Positions 40,167-50,251 are shown, counted from the first letter of the stretch. The stretch is 64,000 nt of DNA from Nanobdellota archaeon (GCA_013329215.1 DUKS01000002.1:13669-77668); one strand, 5' to 3'. Made by a program: numbers and translations. The notes: a model not told the origin generated them from the letters alone.

Positions 40167-40922
40167 GTGATGTATATTACCACAAAATATATAAGCCAGG
40201 CGGGCTTTTTTCCTGTTATGTACGAAGAGCTTACTGCGGCGGGCCTGACACTTTCAGAGGCAAGGATATATTCTGTGCTTGTGGAGCTTGGAAAAGCCCA
40301 GGCCGGCATGATATCAAGGAAGACAGGCATACACAGGAGAAATGTTTATGACGCGCTTGAAAGGCTGATTGAGAAGGGGCTTGCAAGCTTCATCCGCGAG
40401 AACAACAAGCGGTATTACATGGCTTCTGAGCCGAAAAAGATAATTGAGGCGATTGACGCGAAGAAAGAGGCTTTGATGGGCATAATGCCAATGCTTGACG
40501 CGAAGTTCAACGCAGTAAAGCAAAAGCAGGAAACCCAGTTTTACAGGGGAGTTGAAGGCATAAAAAGCATATTTGAGGACCAGCTTCTTTCAAAGAAGGA
40601 GATACTTGCAATAAGCCCGGCGTACCAGGCGAAAACAGCTTTGCCTTACTACATGAAGCACTACACAAATGCAAGGATTAAGCGCAGGATAAAGCTCAGG
40701 CTAATTTATACAGGCGGAATACACGGGAAGCAAACCCCACTAGCGGAAACAAGGCACCTGCCAAAGCATTACGAGTCCCCTGTTTCGCTGGATATTTACG
40801 GTGAAAAAGCGGCAATCCTTGTATGGGGCGCCGAGCCTGCCGCAATCCTTATTTCAAACAGGGATGTTGCAAAAGCTTTCAGGAACTATTTCGAATTAAT
40901 GTGGAAGATTGCAAAGAAATAA
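40167..40922 (+). CDS. TrmB-family transcriptional regulator
   Basis: N-terminal wHTH (LSEARIYSVLVELGKAQAGMISRKTGIHRRNVYDALERLIEKGL) plus TrmB C-terminal domain. Confidence 0.75.
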   Translation: MMYITTKYISQAGFFPVMYEELTAAGLTLSEARIYSVLVELGKAQAGMISRKTGIHRRNVYDALERLIEKGLASFIRENNKRYYMASEPKKIIEAIDAKKEALMGIMPMLDAKFNAVKQKQETQFYRGVEGIKSIFEDQLLSKKEILAISPAYQAKTALPYYMKHYTNARIKRRIKLRLIYTGGIHGKQTPLAETRHLPKHYESPVSLDIYGEKAAILVWGAEPAAILISNRDVAKAFRNYFELMWKIAKK

Positions 40923-40936
40923 AATCCTTTAAAAAT

Positions 40937-41347
40937 TTATTCCCCGAGGTCCTTAACCCAGTCATGGTGCACTATGTGCCTTTTCTGCAGAGACTGCTTT
41001 CCGCAATTCGGGCAAGTGTCGTTAAGCGGGAATGACTTGTTCCTTGAAAACGAGTACTTGCAGTTGCCGCATACATAGCCCACCTTGTCGCTGACTATGT
41101 TTTTTATTCCCATGTCTGCAGCAAGCCTTTCCCTGACGGGAACCGGCTTTTCAACAGGCCTTATTTCCTTTTTTTCCTGCATTCCCATGAGGGAGCTTTT
41201 GACTTTTGAGCCCTTCTCAAGCTTTGCAGCCTTTGAAGCATAGCATTCCGGGCAAATGAGGTTTTTCCTGATTTCAGGGTCATACTTCATGTTGTCCATC
41301 GAGCCTTTTTTTCCGCAGCTTCTGCAGCTGATTTTAACGTCTACCAT
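40937..41347 (-). CDS. Double zinc-ribbon protein
   Basis: CRSCGK...CPEC and CGNCKY...CPNCGK. Confidence 0.5.
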   Translation of the reverse strand: MVDVKISCRSCGKKGSMDNMKYDPEIRKNLICPECYASKAAKLEKGSKVKSSLMGMQEKKEIRPVEKPVPVRERLAADMGIKNIVSDKVGYVCGNCKYSFSRNKSFPLNDTCPNCGKQSLQKRHIVHHDWVKDLGE

Positions 41348-41388
41348 TGCTGTATAGAAATAGAAGCTGATTTATAAGCGTTTTGGGC

Positions 41389-42195
41389 TTAATACTGATG
41401 GGGCACAAATATGACTCCGTCAAAGCATTGCTCCATATTGGCATTCTCGCCGCAGCCTTCAATAGGAGCAGGCAGTGCACCCATCTCTTCTCCGTCAAAA
41501 TCATATGCACCATATGCTTGCCTGTAAGGATTGAGCCCTGACGACACGCTCCATATGGGGCTGTCAAAAAGCAGCGAGAACGAACTTGTTTCCTGCTCAA
41601 GCATGAAGCCGAGGGTTTCAACAAGAATCCTTCCGTCATCATAAGGGTTTTCTGCTATGTGCCATGAGCCTATCAGGACTGCGGCTTTCTTCCCATTGGC
41701 AATAAAATTATCCCTCATGAAATCAAACATTGTAATATCCCTTGCCATGTCTATTAAGACTTTGCTTTCCTCTGCATCAATGCACCATATTTTCATATTA
41801 TTTTCCCTTGCCGATTTTAGGATTGTGCCTTTTTCGCCGTTGTAAACCCAGGTTATAAAATTCAGGCGTTCAGCAGGAATCTCGCCTGTTGCAAGATACT
41901 CGTCCATTACAGGCTGGTATGTTCTTGGGATCTCCATTGCAATATCTTCAATGCCATGCTGCTTGAAGTAAGGCATTAGCCCTGCAAAGAATAGGTCATC
42001 TGTTTTTACGTCGTGATTCTCTCCGAAAATTACAAACTGGCTATTCTCAACCTTGGCCATGACATAGGAAACTGCTTGGCTGCCATAATTAAGTGCAGGC
42101 GCAACATACTCTTCATGTTCTGGAATATAGCTTCTATGCATGTATGCGCAGCCAATTCCTGCTAACAATGCAAGGCCTGCGAGCGTTCTTATCAT
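41389..42195 (-). CDS. Secreted ChaN/Tiki/TraB-superfamily protein (GExH motif)
   Basis: Signal peptide; FVIFGENHD...AVLIGSWHI. Confidence 0.45.
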   Translation of the reverse strand: MIRTLAGLALLAGIGCAYMHRSYIPEHEEYVAPALNYGSQAVSYVMAKVENSQFVIFGENHDVKTDDLFFAGLMPYFKQHGIEDIAMEIPRTYQPVMDEYLATGEIPAERLNFITWVYNGEKGTILKSARENNMKIWCIDAEESKVLIDMARDITMFDFMRDNFIANGKKAAVLIGSWHIAENPYDDGRILVETLGFMLEQETSSFSLLFDSPIWSVSSGLNPYRQAYGAYDFDGEEMGALPAPIEGCGENANMEQCFDGVIFVPHQY

Positions 42196-42230
42196 AAGGT
42201 GCGTGATGCTATAGAAGTATATATTCCTTT

Positions 42231-44876
42231 CTACAAGCCGAACTCAACCTTTCTCTTGTACTTTACTGCTGAAGGCGCGGCTCCGCCGTGCCACGTCATT
42301 CTTGGGCGCACTCTCATCGGGTAGAACCGTTCAGAATTATCGTCAAGTATTAATGCGGCGCCCTTCACTCTCGGAAGCTCGTCCAGCAGGCGAGGCAATC
42401 CTTTTGCAAGATAGCTCTGGCTCATTGAAGCCAATGCATCAACATCAGGCTTTGCAGTAAGCCTGTGCGCTATGATTATGTCAGACTGGCTCATTACATC
42501 AGAATGAATCTTTCCCGGCTGCTGCGTTGCAAGTATCAGGCATACACCGGGCTGCCTTCCTTCCCTCATGACTGTAACCAAAGCGTTTGTCGCGGCTGTC
42601 TTCCCGTCTTTAGGCAGGAACTCGTGCGCTTCATCCACAACAAGCCACACAAGAGGCAGGGGCTCTTTCTTTCCCAGCTCTTCAGAAGCCTGAAAATAGC
42701 TGTAGCCTATCTTAATTGCCTCGAGCTCTTCTGCTTTTCTTGCCAGCATTCTTTGCGTGAAAACCCTCATTCCAACAAGGCCTATGACCAGCGCCTTTAC
42801 GCCCCATCCGCCGGGAGTTGCAACATACGGCGACAGGTCCATTATAGTCACCTGCCCGGGCTTTACAAGATCCATAAGGTCCATTCCGTTTTCATCAAAC
42901 AAGCCCCACCTTTCAGCAGCCCTGAACCTGTTCACTGCATCATTCTTTATGTCAGAATTAAATGTGCTGTCCTGCTCTATCCTTTCTACTATGTCCTTTA
43001 TGCTGTATCCTGTTACGCCATCATCGAGTATATCCCCCAATATCTTTTCAATGACAACTGCAACAGAATTGTTCGTGTCAAGCTCAAAGCTCAGTATCCA
43101 GTCCTGCGCAGTAAGGTCAGACGGCTTTATTGAGAACGGCTCATCAGTCGGAATCCCATCATCCTTGTATTTCTGGAAAAAGCCGGCAGGCGTGTATATT
43201 TTCACATCCATCCCCCTGCCTGCAATGCCCCACAGCTCAAGCAGGTCCTCGTCCTTCTGGTTCTGGTACTTCATTGTCCAGTAAACGCCCATGGTGTCCA
43301 TCATAATCATTGAGAGGTTTCTTCTTACATCATCAGGCAAATCCATAATGCCTTCTGCAATCGCACCCATCGTATATGAGTTGTGTACAATTATATCATT
43401 TGCGACAAAATTATGGAATTCAGGCACACATATGTCGTAGACTTTAAACTTGCCTTCCATTACTTCGAGGCTTGCAATCTCATCCCAGAATATGTCTGAT
43501 GTTGCAAGGAGCTTTATCTGCTCTGCATTGTCATACTCTGCTATCTGCAGCAATTTCTGCCTTGAAGGCGCATAGCTTATGCTGCTTCTCAATGCTTTTC
43601 CCGAGCTGTATCCCATTTGGGTTCCTACTTCTGCCCAATTCTTAGGCCTGTATATATCCCATATTTCTTTCGGTATTGTGTCAACATTGGGGTTTCTTGT
43701 TATTTTAACTGATTCTTTCAGCGCATACTCTTGTTTTATTTCTTTTTCCCCGAAAAATCCTATTTCTTCAATAAATCTTACAACATTTGCACCATCGAGC
43801 GTAAGCTCGAATGTGTTAAACAGCTTTCCATTGCATTTTGTTTTCTTGTTCCTCAGCTTTGAAAGAATGCCAAACCTTAACAAAAGGCTCTGCACCTGCC
43901 TGATAAGCTTTTCAGAGCTTGATGCATAAGATACTTCCCATGAGCTTTCCTTCTTAAGCCTGTAAATGCTTCCGTCGCAGCTGAAAAGGCGGTTAAGGAA
44001 CACCTTAAGGGGCTCTTTCTTTGCCTTGAATACAATTTCAGGGATAACTTTTTGCGCAGAAAGCAGGTTATGCATGCCTGTTTTTTCAGAAAATTCCCTT
44101 ATGCTCTTTTTCTTATGCTCTATGCTTGTTCCCTTGCCAAACCTTCCGAGTGAATCCCTGTTTATGCTATAGCCTATCACCTGATGATTTTGCTCTTTTG
44201 ACCGTACTCTGTAGCATCCCTTATTATCTTCAACAAGCTCCATATTTTCATCAAATCTGTTTAGGGCTTCTTTAAAATCCGAAATAAGCTTTTCATCAGT
44301 ATTGCTGAACAATACAACCCTCCCTTTTGTATGTCCTTCTGCTATTAAATAAGCCATCAGCTTTGCTTCATGCTCCGGAAGCTCTTCTTTGCCAAATGAA
44401 GGAATATTCCTTGGAACAGCAATCCTATCGCCCAATGTAAGCTGGTTTGCGGGAATCCATCCTTCTATTGTTAATAGGGGATGCTCGGGCGTAAGCTTTA
44501 TTTCCCTGCCGCTTCTCATCCTCATTTTAACTATCTTTTCAACTTCCCTTTCAAAGAAATCCTCTTTTGCCATCGCATCTATCTTCAGCCCGTCATTCAA
44601 CCCGAATATTTTAGCGGAATTATCTTTCAATTCCTGTATTGGCATCTGCGAGCCATCGTCCAATTGGATTAGTGTATCTTCTGTAAGGCATTTCCCGCTT
44701 CCTCTTTTGCCCACAATATAAATAACGTGGCCCCTTGCAATGTCCATGTAAAGCGGGTTTGACAAGGAAGTTGTCCTGCCCATTTTGACATATGTCTTTC
44801 CAATAAGAACAACACCCTGCTTGCCTAAAAGCTTCGTATCCTCTTCATCCCTGCCTATGATTATGTCAAAGGTCAC
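42231..44876 (-). CDS. HerA/FtsK-superfamily (DUF87-like) ATPase interrupted by an intein in the Walker A loop
   Basis: Extein: N-terminal barrel-like region, VGKRGSGK|...|SYTM, Walker B VVDEAHEF, then EGRQPGVCLILATQQP; the intein is 437 aa. Confidence 0.75.
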   Translation of the reverse strand: MTFDIIIGRDEEDTKLLGKQGVVLIGKTYVKMGRTTSLSNPLYMDIARGHVIYIVGKRGSGKCLTEDTLIQLDDGSQMPIQELKDNSAKIFGLNDGLKIDAMAKEDFFEREVEKIVKMRMRSGREIKLTPEHPLLTIEGWIPANQLTLGDRIAVPRNIPSFGKEELPEHEAKLMAYLIAEGHTKGRVVLFSNTDEKLISDFKEALNRFDENMELVEDNKGCYRVRSKEQNHQVIGYSINRDSLGRFGKGTSIEHKKKSIREFSEKTGMHNLLSAQKVIPEIVFKAKKEPLKVFLNRLFSCDGSIYRLKKESSWEVSYASSSEKLIRQVQSLLLRFGILSKLRNKKTKCNGKLFNTFELTLDGANVVRFIEEIGFFGEKEIKQEYALKESVKITRNPNVDTIPKEIWDIYRPKNWAEVGTQMGYSSGKALRSSISYAPSRQKLLQIAEYDNAEQIKLLATSDIFWDEIASLEVMEGKFKVYDICVPEFHNFVANDIIVHNSYTMGAIAEGIMDLPDDVRRNLSMIMMDTMGVYWTMKYQNQKDEDLLELWGIAGRGMDVKIYTPAGFFQKYKDDGIPTDEPFSIKPSDLTAQDWILSFELDTNNSVAVVIEKILGDILDDGVTGYSIKDIVERIEQDSTFNSDIKNDAVNRFRAAERWGLFDENGMDLMDLVKPGQVTIMDLSPYVATPGGWGVKALVIGLVGMRVFTQRMLARKAEELEAIKIGYSYFQASEELGKKEPLPLVWLVVDEAHEFLPKDGKTAATNALVTVMREGRQPGVCLILATQQPGKIHSDVMSQSDIIIAHRLTAKPDVDALASMSQSYLAKGLPRLLDELPRVKGAALILDDNSERFYPMRVRPRMTWHGGAAPSAVKYKRKVEFGL
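43380..44690 (-). mobile_element. Intein with LAGLIDADG homing-endonuclease domain (approximate coordinates)
   Basis: Begins CLTEDTLIQLDDG right after GSGK; LAGLIDADG-like LMAYLIAEGH and NRLFSCDGSIY; ends IIVHN followed by S+1. Confidence 0.7.
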
Positions 44877-45119
44877 GTTATATTAAGGGTATTTGAGGGA
44901 TATAAGCTTTTCGAGCGGAGTGAAGAAATGCTGAAAACCCACATGGGGTTTTGGCACAAGAAACGCAAAGCGTTTCTATGAGTTTCAAACGTAGTGAGAA
45001 AGCTTTATTGTGGGATAAATAAGCCTGCTGCAAATAAGAAAGCCGGCCTCCGGCATATTTTCATTATTTATCCTTGCTTATGCCCAAAAGAATTTAAGCT
45101 AAACATACTTAATCCTAAT

Positions 45120-45737
45120 ATGCCTGCCTTGCTGATTGGATTTGACCCTCCGGGAGAGGTATGTAAGGAGATTTATAGATTAAAGAGCAGGGTTAAGGAA
45201 GCTTGCGGTCAGCAGCAGCAGGTGGATGAGCCGCCTCACTGCACTTTTGTCGTGAATAATTTTAGTGATATTAAAGCAGTTGATGATATTTTAAAATCTG
45301 TATGCCTTGGATTTTCACCGTTGGATATAAGCATGAAAAATATAACCTATTTTCCGCCTGAAAAAAACAAGGCGTGGATGGTTCATGCTGCAATTGAAAG
45401 GAACATAAGGTTGCAGGAGCTGCAAAAAGAGGTAATTGACAAAACGTCTGCTTTCAGGCAAGGCTGTTTGCTCTGTGATTATTTGCAAAGGAACATACCT
45501 GATTATCAGTATAGCGAAGAAGAAAAGAAGGACATACAGCAATATGGCTATCCTTATGTTGGCGCAAACTGGCAGGCACACATAAGCGTTGCAATTCTTG
45601 ATGAAAAAGCGTTTAAAAAGATTGGTGACGAGCTTATAGGCACTGCTTTTCAGCATAAGTTCAAATTGAAAGAGATTACATTGTTTATTTATACGGATAA
45701 ATGGGTGCCATATAAAACTTACAAGCTATGCAAATAA
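45120..45737 (+). CDS. 2H phosphoesterase (LigT/ThpR-like)
   Basis: Two HxT/S motifs: HCTFVV and HISVAI. Confidence 0.65.
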   Translation: MPALLIGFDPPGEVCKEIYRLKSRVKEACGQQQQVDEPPHCTFVVNNFSDIKAVDDILKSVCLGFSPLDISMKNITYFPPEKNKAWMVHAAIERNIRLQELQKEVIDKTSAFRQGCLLCDYLQRNIPDYQYSEEEKKDIQQYGYPYVGANWQAHISVAILDEKAFKKIGDELIGTAFQHKFKLKEITLFIYTDKWVPYKTYKLCK

Positions 45738-45799
45738 TTCTCGCGGAGCGGGGCTTCTCTTTCCATTTTAATGCGCTATATTTATAAACAGCCATAATA

Positions 45800-48448
45800 G
45801 TGAAACACCGCATGATTACCGTCAAAGACAAGCCTAACACCGAAGCTGAAGTAAAGCACATACTCAATCCGCTGGTTGAGAAGTGGTTCTTCAGCAGATT
45901 TCAGGAGTTCAGCCTCCCGCAGCTATATGGTGTTATGGAAGTTCATTCAAGGAGCAATATACTGATTTCAGCGCCAACGGGAAGTACAAAAACACTTACA
46001 GCATTCCTTTCTATCCTAAATGAGCTTGTGGACTCTGCCCAAAAAGGCATTCTTGAGGACAAGGTGTACTGCATTTACATAAGCCCGTTAAGGGCATTGT
46101 CAAGAGACATCCAGAGGAACCTTCTTGAGCCATTGGCAGAGATTGAGAAGATTGCAGGAAAAGAATTGGGCATAAGGGTTGGAGTGAGGACTTCTGACAC
46201 AACGCAGGCTGAAAAGGCAAAGATGCTGAAAAAGCCGCCGCATATTTTGATTAGTACCCCTGAAAGTTTGGCGATACTTCTCTCGACAATTAAATTCAAG
46301 GAATGCATGAGAAACATTGACTGGTGTATCCTGGACGAGATCCACGCATTGGCCGACAACAAAAGGGGAGTCCATCTTTCATTGTCAATGGAAAGGCTGA
46401 ACCTGCTTGCTCCGGCAATGGCGAGGGTTGGGTTGTCAGCGACCATCGCGCCGCTTGAAGAAATTGCAAAATACCTTGTTGGAATAGGGAGGGACTGCAA
46501 GATAGTTGATGTGCAGTTTGTAAAGAAGCTGGACCTGGCTGTTTTGTCTCCTGTCAATGATTTGATCAATACTGATTACACAACTTTGGGCAGGAACCTT
46601 TATGCCCTGATTGATTCGCTGATACAGTCGCATAAGACAACATTAATCTTTACAAACACAAGAAGCGGCACAGAAAGAGTGGTTCACCATCTGAAAACAC
46701 ATTTCCCAAAGAACTATTACGAAATACATGAAGGCCCGCCGCAGACAGTGGCAAGCCTGATTGGCGCGCACCACGGCTCTTTGTCAAGGGAGCACCGCTT
46801 TATGATAGAGGATGCATTAAGGGCTGGCAAGTTAAGGGCTGTTGTTTCTTCAACCTCTTTGGAGCTTGGCATTGACATCGGATACATTGATTTGGTTATC
46901 TGCCTCGGAAGCCCGAAGTCAGTTGCAAGGTTTTTGCAGAGGGCGGGAAGAGCAGGCCACAGGATGCATGAGATTGTAAAAGGAAAGCTGATTGTGATGG
47001 ACAGGGATGACCTGGTTGAATGCTCTGTTTTGCTGAAGCATGCTATTGAAAAGAAAATAGACAGGGTTGAAATACCAAAGAACTGCGCTGATGTCCTTGC
47101 CCAGCAGATAGTGGGAATTGCGCTTGGGCAGGTTTGGAATGTAAAAGAGATGTTTGAGATGATAAAGAGAAGCTACTGCTATGAAACCCTTTCATGGCAT
47201 GATTATGACGAAATCCTCTCATACCTTGCAGGCGAGTATGCTGCGCTGGAAGACAGGCATGTTTATGCAAAGATATGGTATGACCGGGAGGCGGGAAACA
47301 TCGGAAGAAAGGGGAGAGGCACGAGGGTAATTTACATGACAAATATCGGCACCATCCCTGATGAATCCGGCGTTACTGTCAAGATAGGCAATGCAAAGAT
47401 AGGGTCGATAGATGAGGGGTTTTTGGAGAAGCTGAAGCCCGGGGATAGGTTTGTTTTGGGCGGCGAGGTCTACCAGTTCAAGTTTGCGCGCGGGACAGTT
47501 GCGCAGGTAGGCTCTGCTTCAGGCCAGAAGCCGACAATCCCTTCCTGGTACTCTGAATCTCTGCCTTTATCATTCGACCTTGCAATGGGGATACAGCGTT
47601 TCAGGAAAAATGCCAGCGACATGATGTCAAGAGGGGATCCAAAGAGGGAAATTATTGATTTTATATCCAAGAACCTTTATGTGCAGGATGAAACAGCGCT
47701 TGCGATATATAATTACCTTTCAGAGCAGCACAATTATATAGGAATACCCCATGAAACAGAGATTATTCTTGAGCATTACAAGGAAAACAACAACAGGTTT
47801 GAGGTTTTCCATACATTATACGGGAGAAGGGTTAATGACGTTTTGTCAAGGGTTGTTGCATATGCAGTGCACAGGCTTTACCATATAGATGTTGACATAG
47901 GGATAAGCGACAATGGGTTTGTGTTGTCATCTTCAAAGAATTTTGATGCGATGGCCGCGTTTAGATTATTGAAAGCCAATGAAATAAGGAAGGTCGCAAA
48001 ATACGCAATTGAAACCAGCGAGGCATTAAGGAGGAAGTTCAGGCACTGCGCCGCCCGCGGCCTGATGATACTGCGCGAGTACAAAGGGCACCGCCGTTTG
48101 GTTGGAAGGCAGCAGACTGCTTCAATGGTTCTTCTTGCGGCTGTGCGCAGGATTTCAGATGACTTCGTGATGCTGAAAGAGGCAAGGCGTGAAGTGCTGG
48201 AAGACCAGATGGACATTGATAATACAGAAAAGATAATCACTGCTATTGAGGAGAAGAAAATAAAGATAAAGGAAGTAAGGACCGACATCCCTTCACCGTT
48301 TGCATTCAACCTGATTGCGCAAGGCTATTCAGACATCATGAAGATGGAAGACAAGGCAGAGTTCCTGAAGAGAATGCACCAGATGGTTCTTGCGAAGGTT
48401 GCTTTAAAAGAAGGGAAGAAGAAGAAATCTCTTTCGGAAAATCCGTAA
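45800..48448 (+). CDS. lhr: Lhr-family superfamily-2 helicase
   Basis: ISAPTGSTKT (motif I), DEIH (motif II), RAGRAGH (motif VI); Lhr-type C-terminal domain. Confidence 0.85.
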   Translation: MKHRMITVKDKPNTEAEVKHILNPLVEKWFFSRFQEFSLPQLYGVMEVHSRSNILISAPTGSTKTLTAFLSILNELVDSAQKGILEDKVYCIYISPLRALSRDIQRNLLEPLAEIEKIAGKELGIRVGVRTSDTTQAEKAKMLKKPPHILISTPESLAILLSTIKFKECMRNIDWCILDEIHALADNKRGVHLSLSMERLNLLAPAMARVGLSATIAPLEEIAKYLVGIGRDCKIVDVQFVKKLDLAVLSPVNDLINTDYTTLGRNLYALIDSLIQSHKTTLIFTNTRSGTERVVHHLKTHFPKNYYEIHEGPPQTVASLIGAHHGSLSREHRFMIEDALRAGKLRAVVSSTSLELGIDIGYIDLVICLGSPKSVARFLQRAGRAGHRMHEIVKGKLIVMDRDDLVECSVLLKHAIEKKIDRVEIPKNCADVLAQQIVGIALGQVWNVKEMFEMIKRSYCYETLSWHDYDEILSYLAGEYAALEDRHVYAKIWYDREAGNIGRKGRGTRVIYMTNIGTIPDESGVTVKIGNAKIGSIDEGFLEKLKPGDRFVLGGEVYQFKFARGTVAQVGSASGQKPTIPSWYSESLPLSFDLAMGIQRFRKNASDMMSRGDPKREIIDFISKNLYVQDETALAIYNYLSEQHNYIGIPHETEIILEHYKENNNRFEVFHTLYGRRVNDVLSRVVAYAVHRLYHIDVDIGISDNGFVLSSSKNFDAMAAFRLLKANEIRKVAKYAIETSEALRRKFRHCAARGLMILREYKGHRRLVGRQQTASMVLLAAVRRISDDFVMLKEARREVLEDQMDIDNTEKIITAIEEKKIKIKEVRTDIPSPFAFNLIAQGYSDIMKMEDKAEFLKRMHQMVLAKVALKEGKKKKSLSENP

Positions 48449-48530
48449 AAATTTCAACAAATCCGGACGTATTCGGAAAACCGAGTTTTCCGGATATCCG
48501 AAAATCCTGCGGGATTTTCGAACAAGGTAT
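48449..48530. repeat. Tandem related hairpins built on a CGGAAAA/TTTTCCG motif
   Basis: cggaaaaccgagttttccg and cgaaaatcctgcgggattttcg, plus half-sites tttcggaaaatccg upstream. Confidence 0.5.
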
Positions 48531-48559
48531 TAAATATAAGTTCTGTATGGCTATCTTCC

Positions 48560-49024
48560 ATGCAAAAGAGGTATTTTCACTTCGTTCAAGACCTTGCTTC
48601 GCCACATCTCGCAAGGTATTATCTGGATACGTGCATATGGAAAGACTATTATGAGAACAGGTCTGACAGATTAAGGCCTATTGGCGAATGGGCGCTTGCT
48701 TTCATAAATAAAGCGGTAGAAGAAGGCAGCAGACTACTTTATTCAGATGCAGTAATAAGGGAATTGAACAGGTATTATACTATGGATAAAACTGATGCTA
48801 TTCTTTCTATAGTTAGAAATGAAGACTGCCTTGAAAAGGTTTCTATTAGCCGGGGGCAAGCGCAGGAGGCGAGAGAATTATCAAGAAAACATAATGTACC
48901 CTTTGGTGATGCATTGCACGCCGTGCTTGCAAGGGATAACAATGCAATAATTGTAACGAGAGACCGGCATTTTGATGAACTAAGGGATATTGCAGAAGCA
49001 AGAAAGCCGGAAGAATTAATCTAA
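48560..49024 (+). CDS. PIN-domain (VapC-like) nuclease
   Basis: YYLDTCIW...FGDALHAVLARDNNAIIVTRDRHF. Confidence 0.6.
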   Translation: MQKRYFHFVQDLASPHLARYYLDTCIWKDYYENRSDRLRPIGEWALAFINKAVEEGSRLLYSDAVIRELNRYYTMDKTDAILSIVRNEDCLEKVSISRGQAQEARELSRKHNVPFGDALHAVLARDNNAIIVTRDRHFDELRDIAEARKPEELI

Positions 49025-49273
49025 ACCAAACTCCTTAAGAATTTCATTGCCCACTTCTTCTCTCGCTTTCCTGTCGTCTTCATCTGTTGTCTTTACTTTT
49101 GATTTTCCAAAATGTTTTTTCAGCTCTCTGAATATCCTATCCTTTCTTTCCTGCTTTATCTTGTCCCTGACAGCTGCCCTTATGAAGTCTGTCCTTGTGC
49201 CATAATCTGGGCTTACAAGGCTATCTATTTCCTTAGCCATGTCTTCTGATACCTTTATTGTGATAGACTCCAT
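49016..49273 (-). CDS. Ribbon-helix-helix (CopG-like) protein
   Basis: SITIKVSEDMAKEIDSLV...RTDFIRAAVRDKI. Confidence 0.55.
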   Translation of the reverse strand: MESITIKVSEDMAKEIDSLVSPDYGTRTDFIRAAVRDKIKQERKDRIFRELKKHFGKSKVKTTDEDDRKAREEVGNEILKEFGLD

Positions 49274-49348
49274 TGTAAGACTAAGTAAGACTAAGTAATA
49301 TTTAAGCTTTTCGCTGGTTTTTAATAGTATTTAGCCTTAATTCTTAAC

Positions 49349-50248
49349 ATGAAAATAACTCCTCTTGCGGCAGACTCTTTCGGCACAAGAAGCATGGCAT
49401 GCTTTGTTGAGACAAAGGACGTGAACATCTTGATAGACCCTTCTGTCTCTTTGGCGCCTATCCGCTATAACAAGCCGCCGCATGCAAGGGAAATAAAGCG
49501 GATGAACGAGCATTGGGAATCTATTAAGAAACATGCAAAGAAAGCAGATATTCTGGTTATAACGCATTACCACTATGACCACCATAATCCTGAATATCCT
49601 GAGATGTACAAAGGAAAGATTGTTCTTGTAAAGCATCCTACAGAGAATATCAATAAAAGCCAGAAGCACAGGGCTGCTTACTTTTTAGAGAAGATTAAGG
49701 GATTGCCGAAGCAGCTTGAATTTAGTGACGGAAAGGAGTTTAAGTTCGGAAAGACGAAGATTGCGTTTTCAAAAGAGACATTTCACGGCACTAATAACCT
49801 ACTCGGGTATGTGACTGAGGTGCTTGTTGATGACAGCAAGGAAAGGTTTGTGCATACTTCGGATATTGAAGGACCTGCAGTGCAAAAGCAGGTTGATTTC
49901 ATATTGAAGGCAAATCCTCAAACATTGTACTTAGATGGACCATTGAGTTACATGCTCGGCTTCAGGTATTCGCAGGCAGACCTGAATAAATCCATCAATA
50001 ACCTGATTAAGATATTCTCCAAGACAAAAATCAAGACATTGATTGTTGACCATCATTTCTTGAGAGACATAAGATGGAAAGAAAGGTTTGAGAAAGTCTT
50101 CAAGGCAGCTGAGAAGAAGAAAGTCAAGGTAATGACTGCAGCTGAATACGCAGGAAAGCCCATTGAAATGCTCGAGGCGCACAGGAATGCCCTGTGGAGA
50201 GAGCATCCGAACGAGAAGGCAAGGATGAGCAAGGTGCTGGAAGAGTGA
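49349..50248 (+). CDS. UPF0282-type metallo-beta-lactamase-fold protein
   Basis: ITHYHYDH motif. Confidence 0.6.
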   Translation: MKITPLAADSFGTRSMACFVETKDVNILIDPSVSLAPIRYNKPPHAREIKRMNEHWESIKKHAKKADILVITHYHYDHHNPEYPEMYKGKIVLVKHPTENINKSQKHRAAYFLEKIKGLPKQLEFSDGKEFKFGKTKIAFSKETFHGTNNLLGYVTEVLVDDSKERFVHTSDIEGPAVQKQVDFILKANPQTLYLDGPLSYMLGFRYSQADLNKSINNLIKIFSKTKIKTLIVDHHFLRDIRWKERFEKVFKAAEKKKVKVMTAAEYAGKPIEMLEAHRNALWREHPNEKARMSKVLEE

Positions 50249-50251
50249 GGT

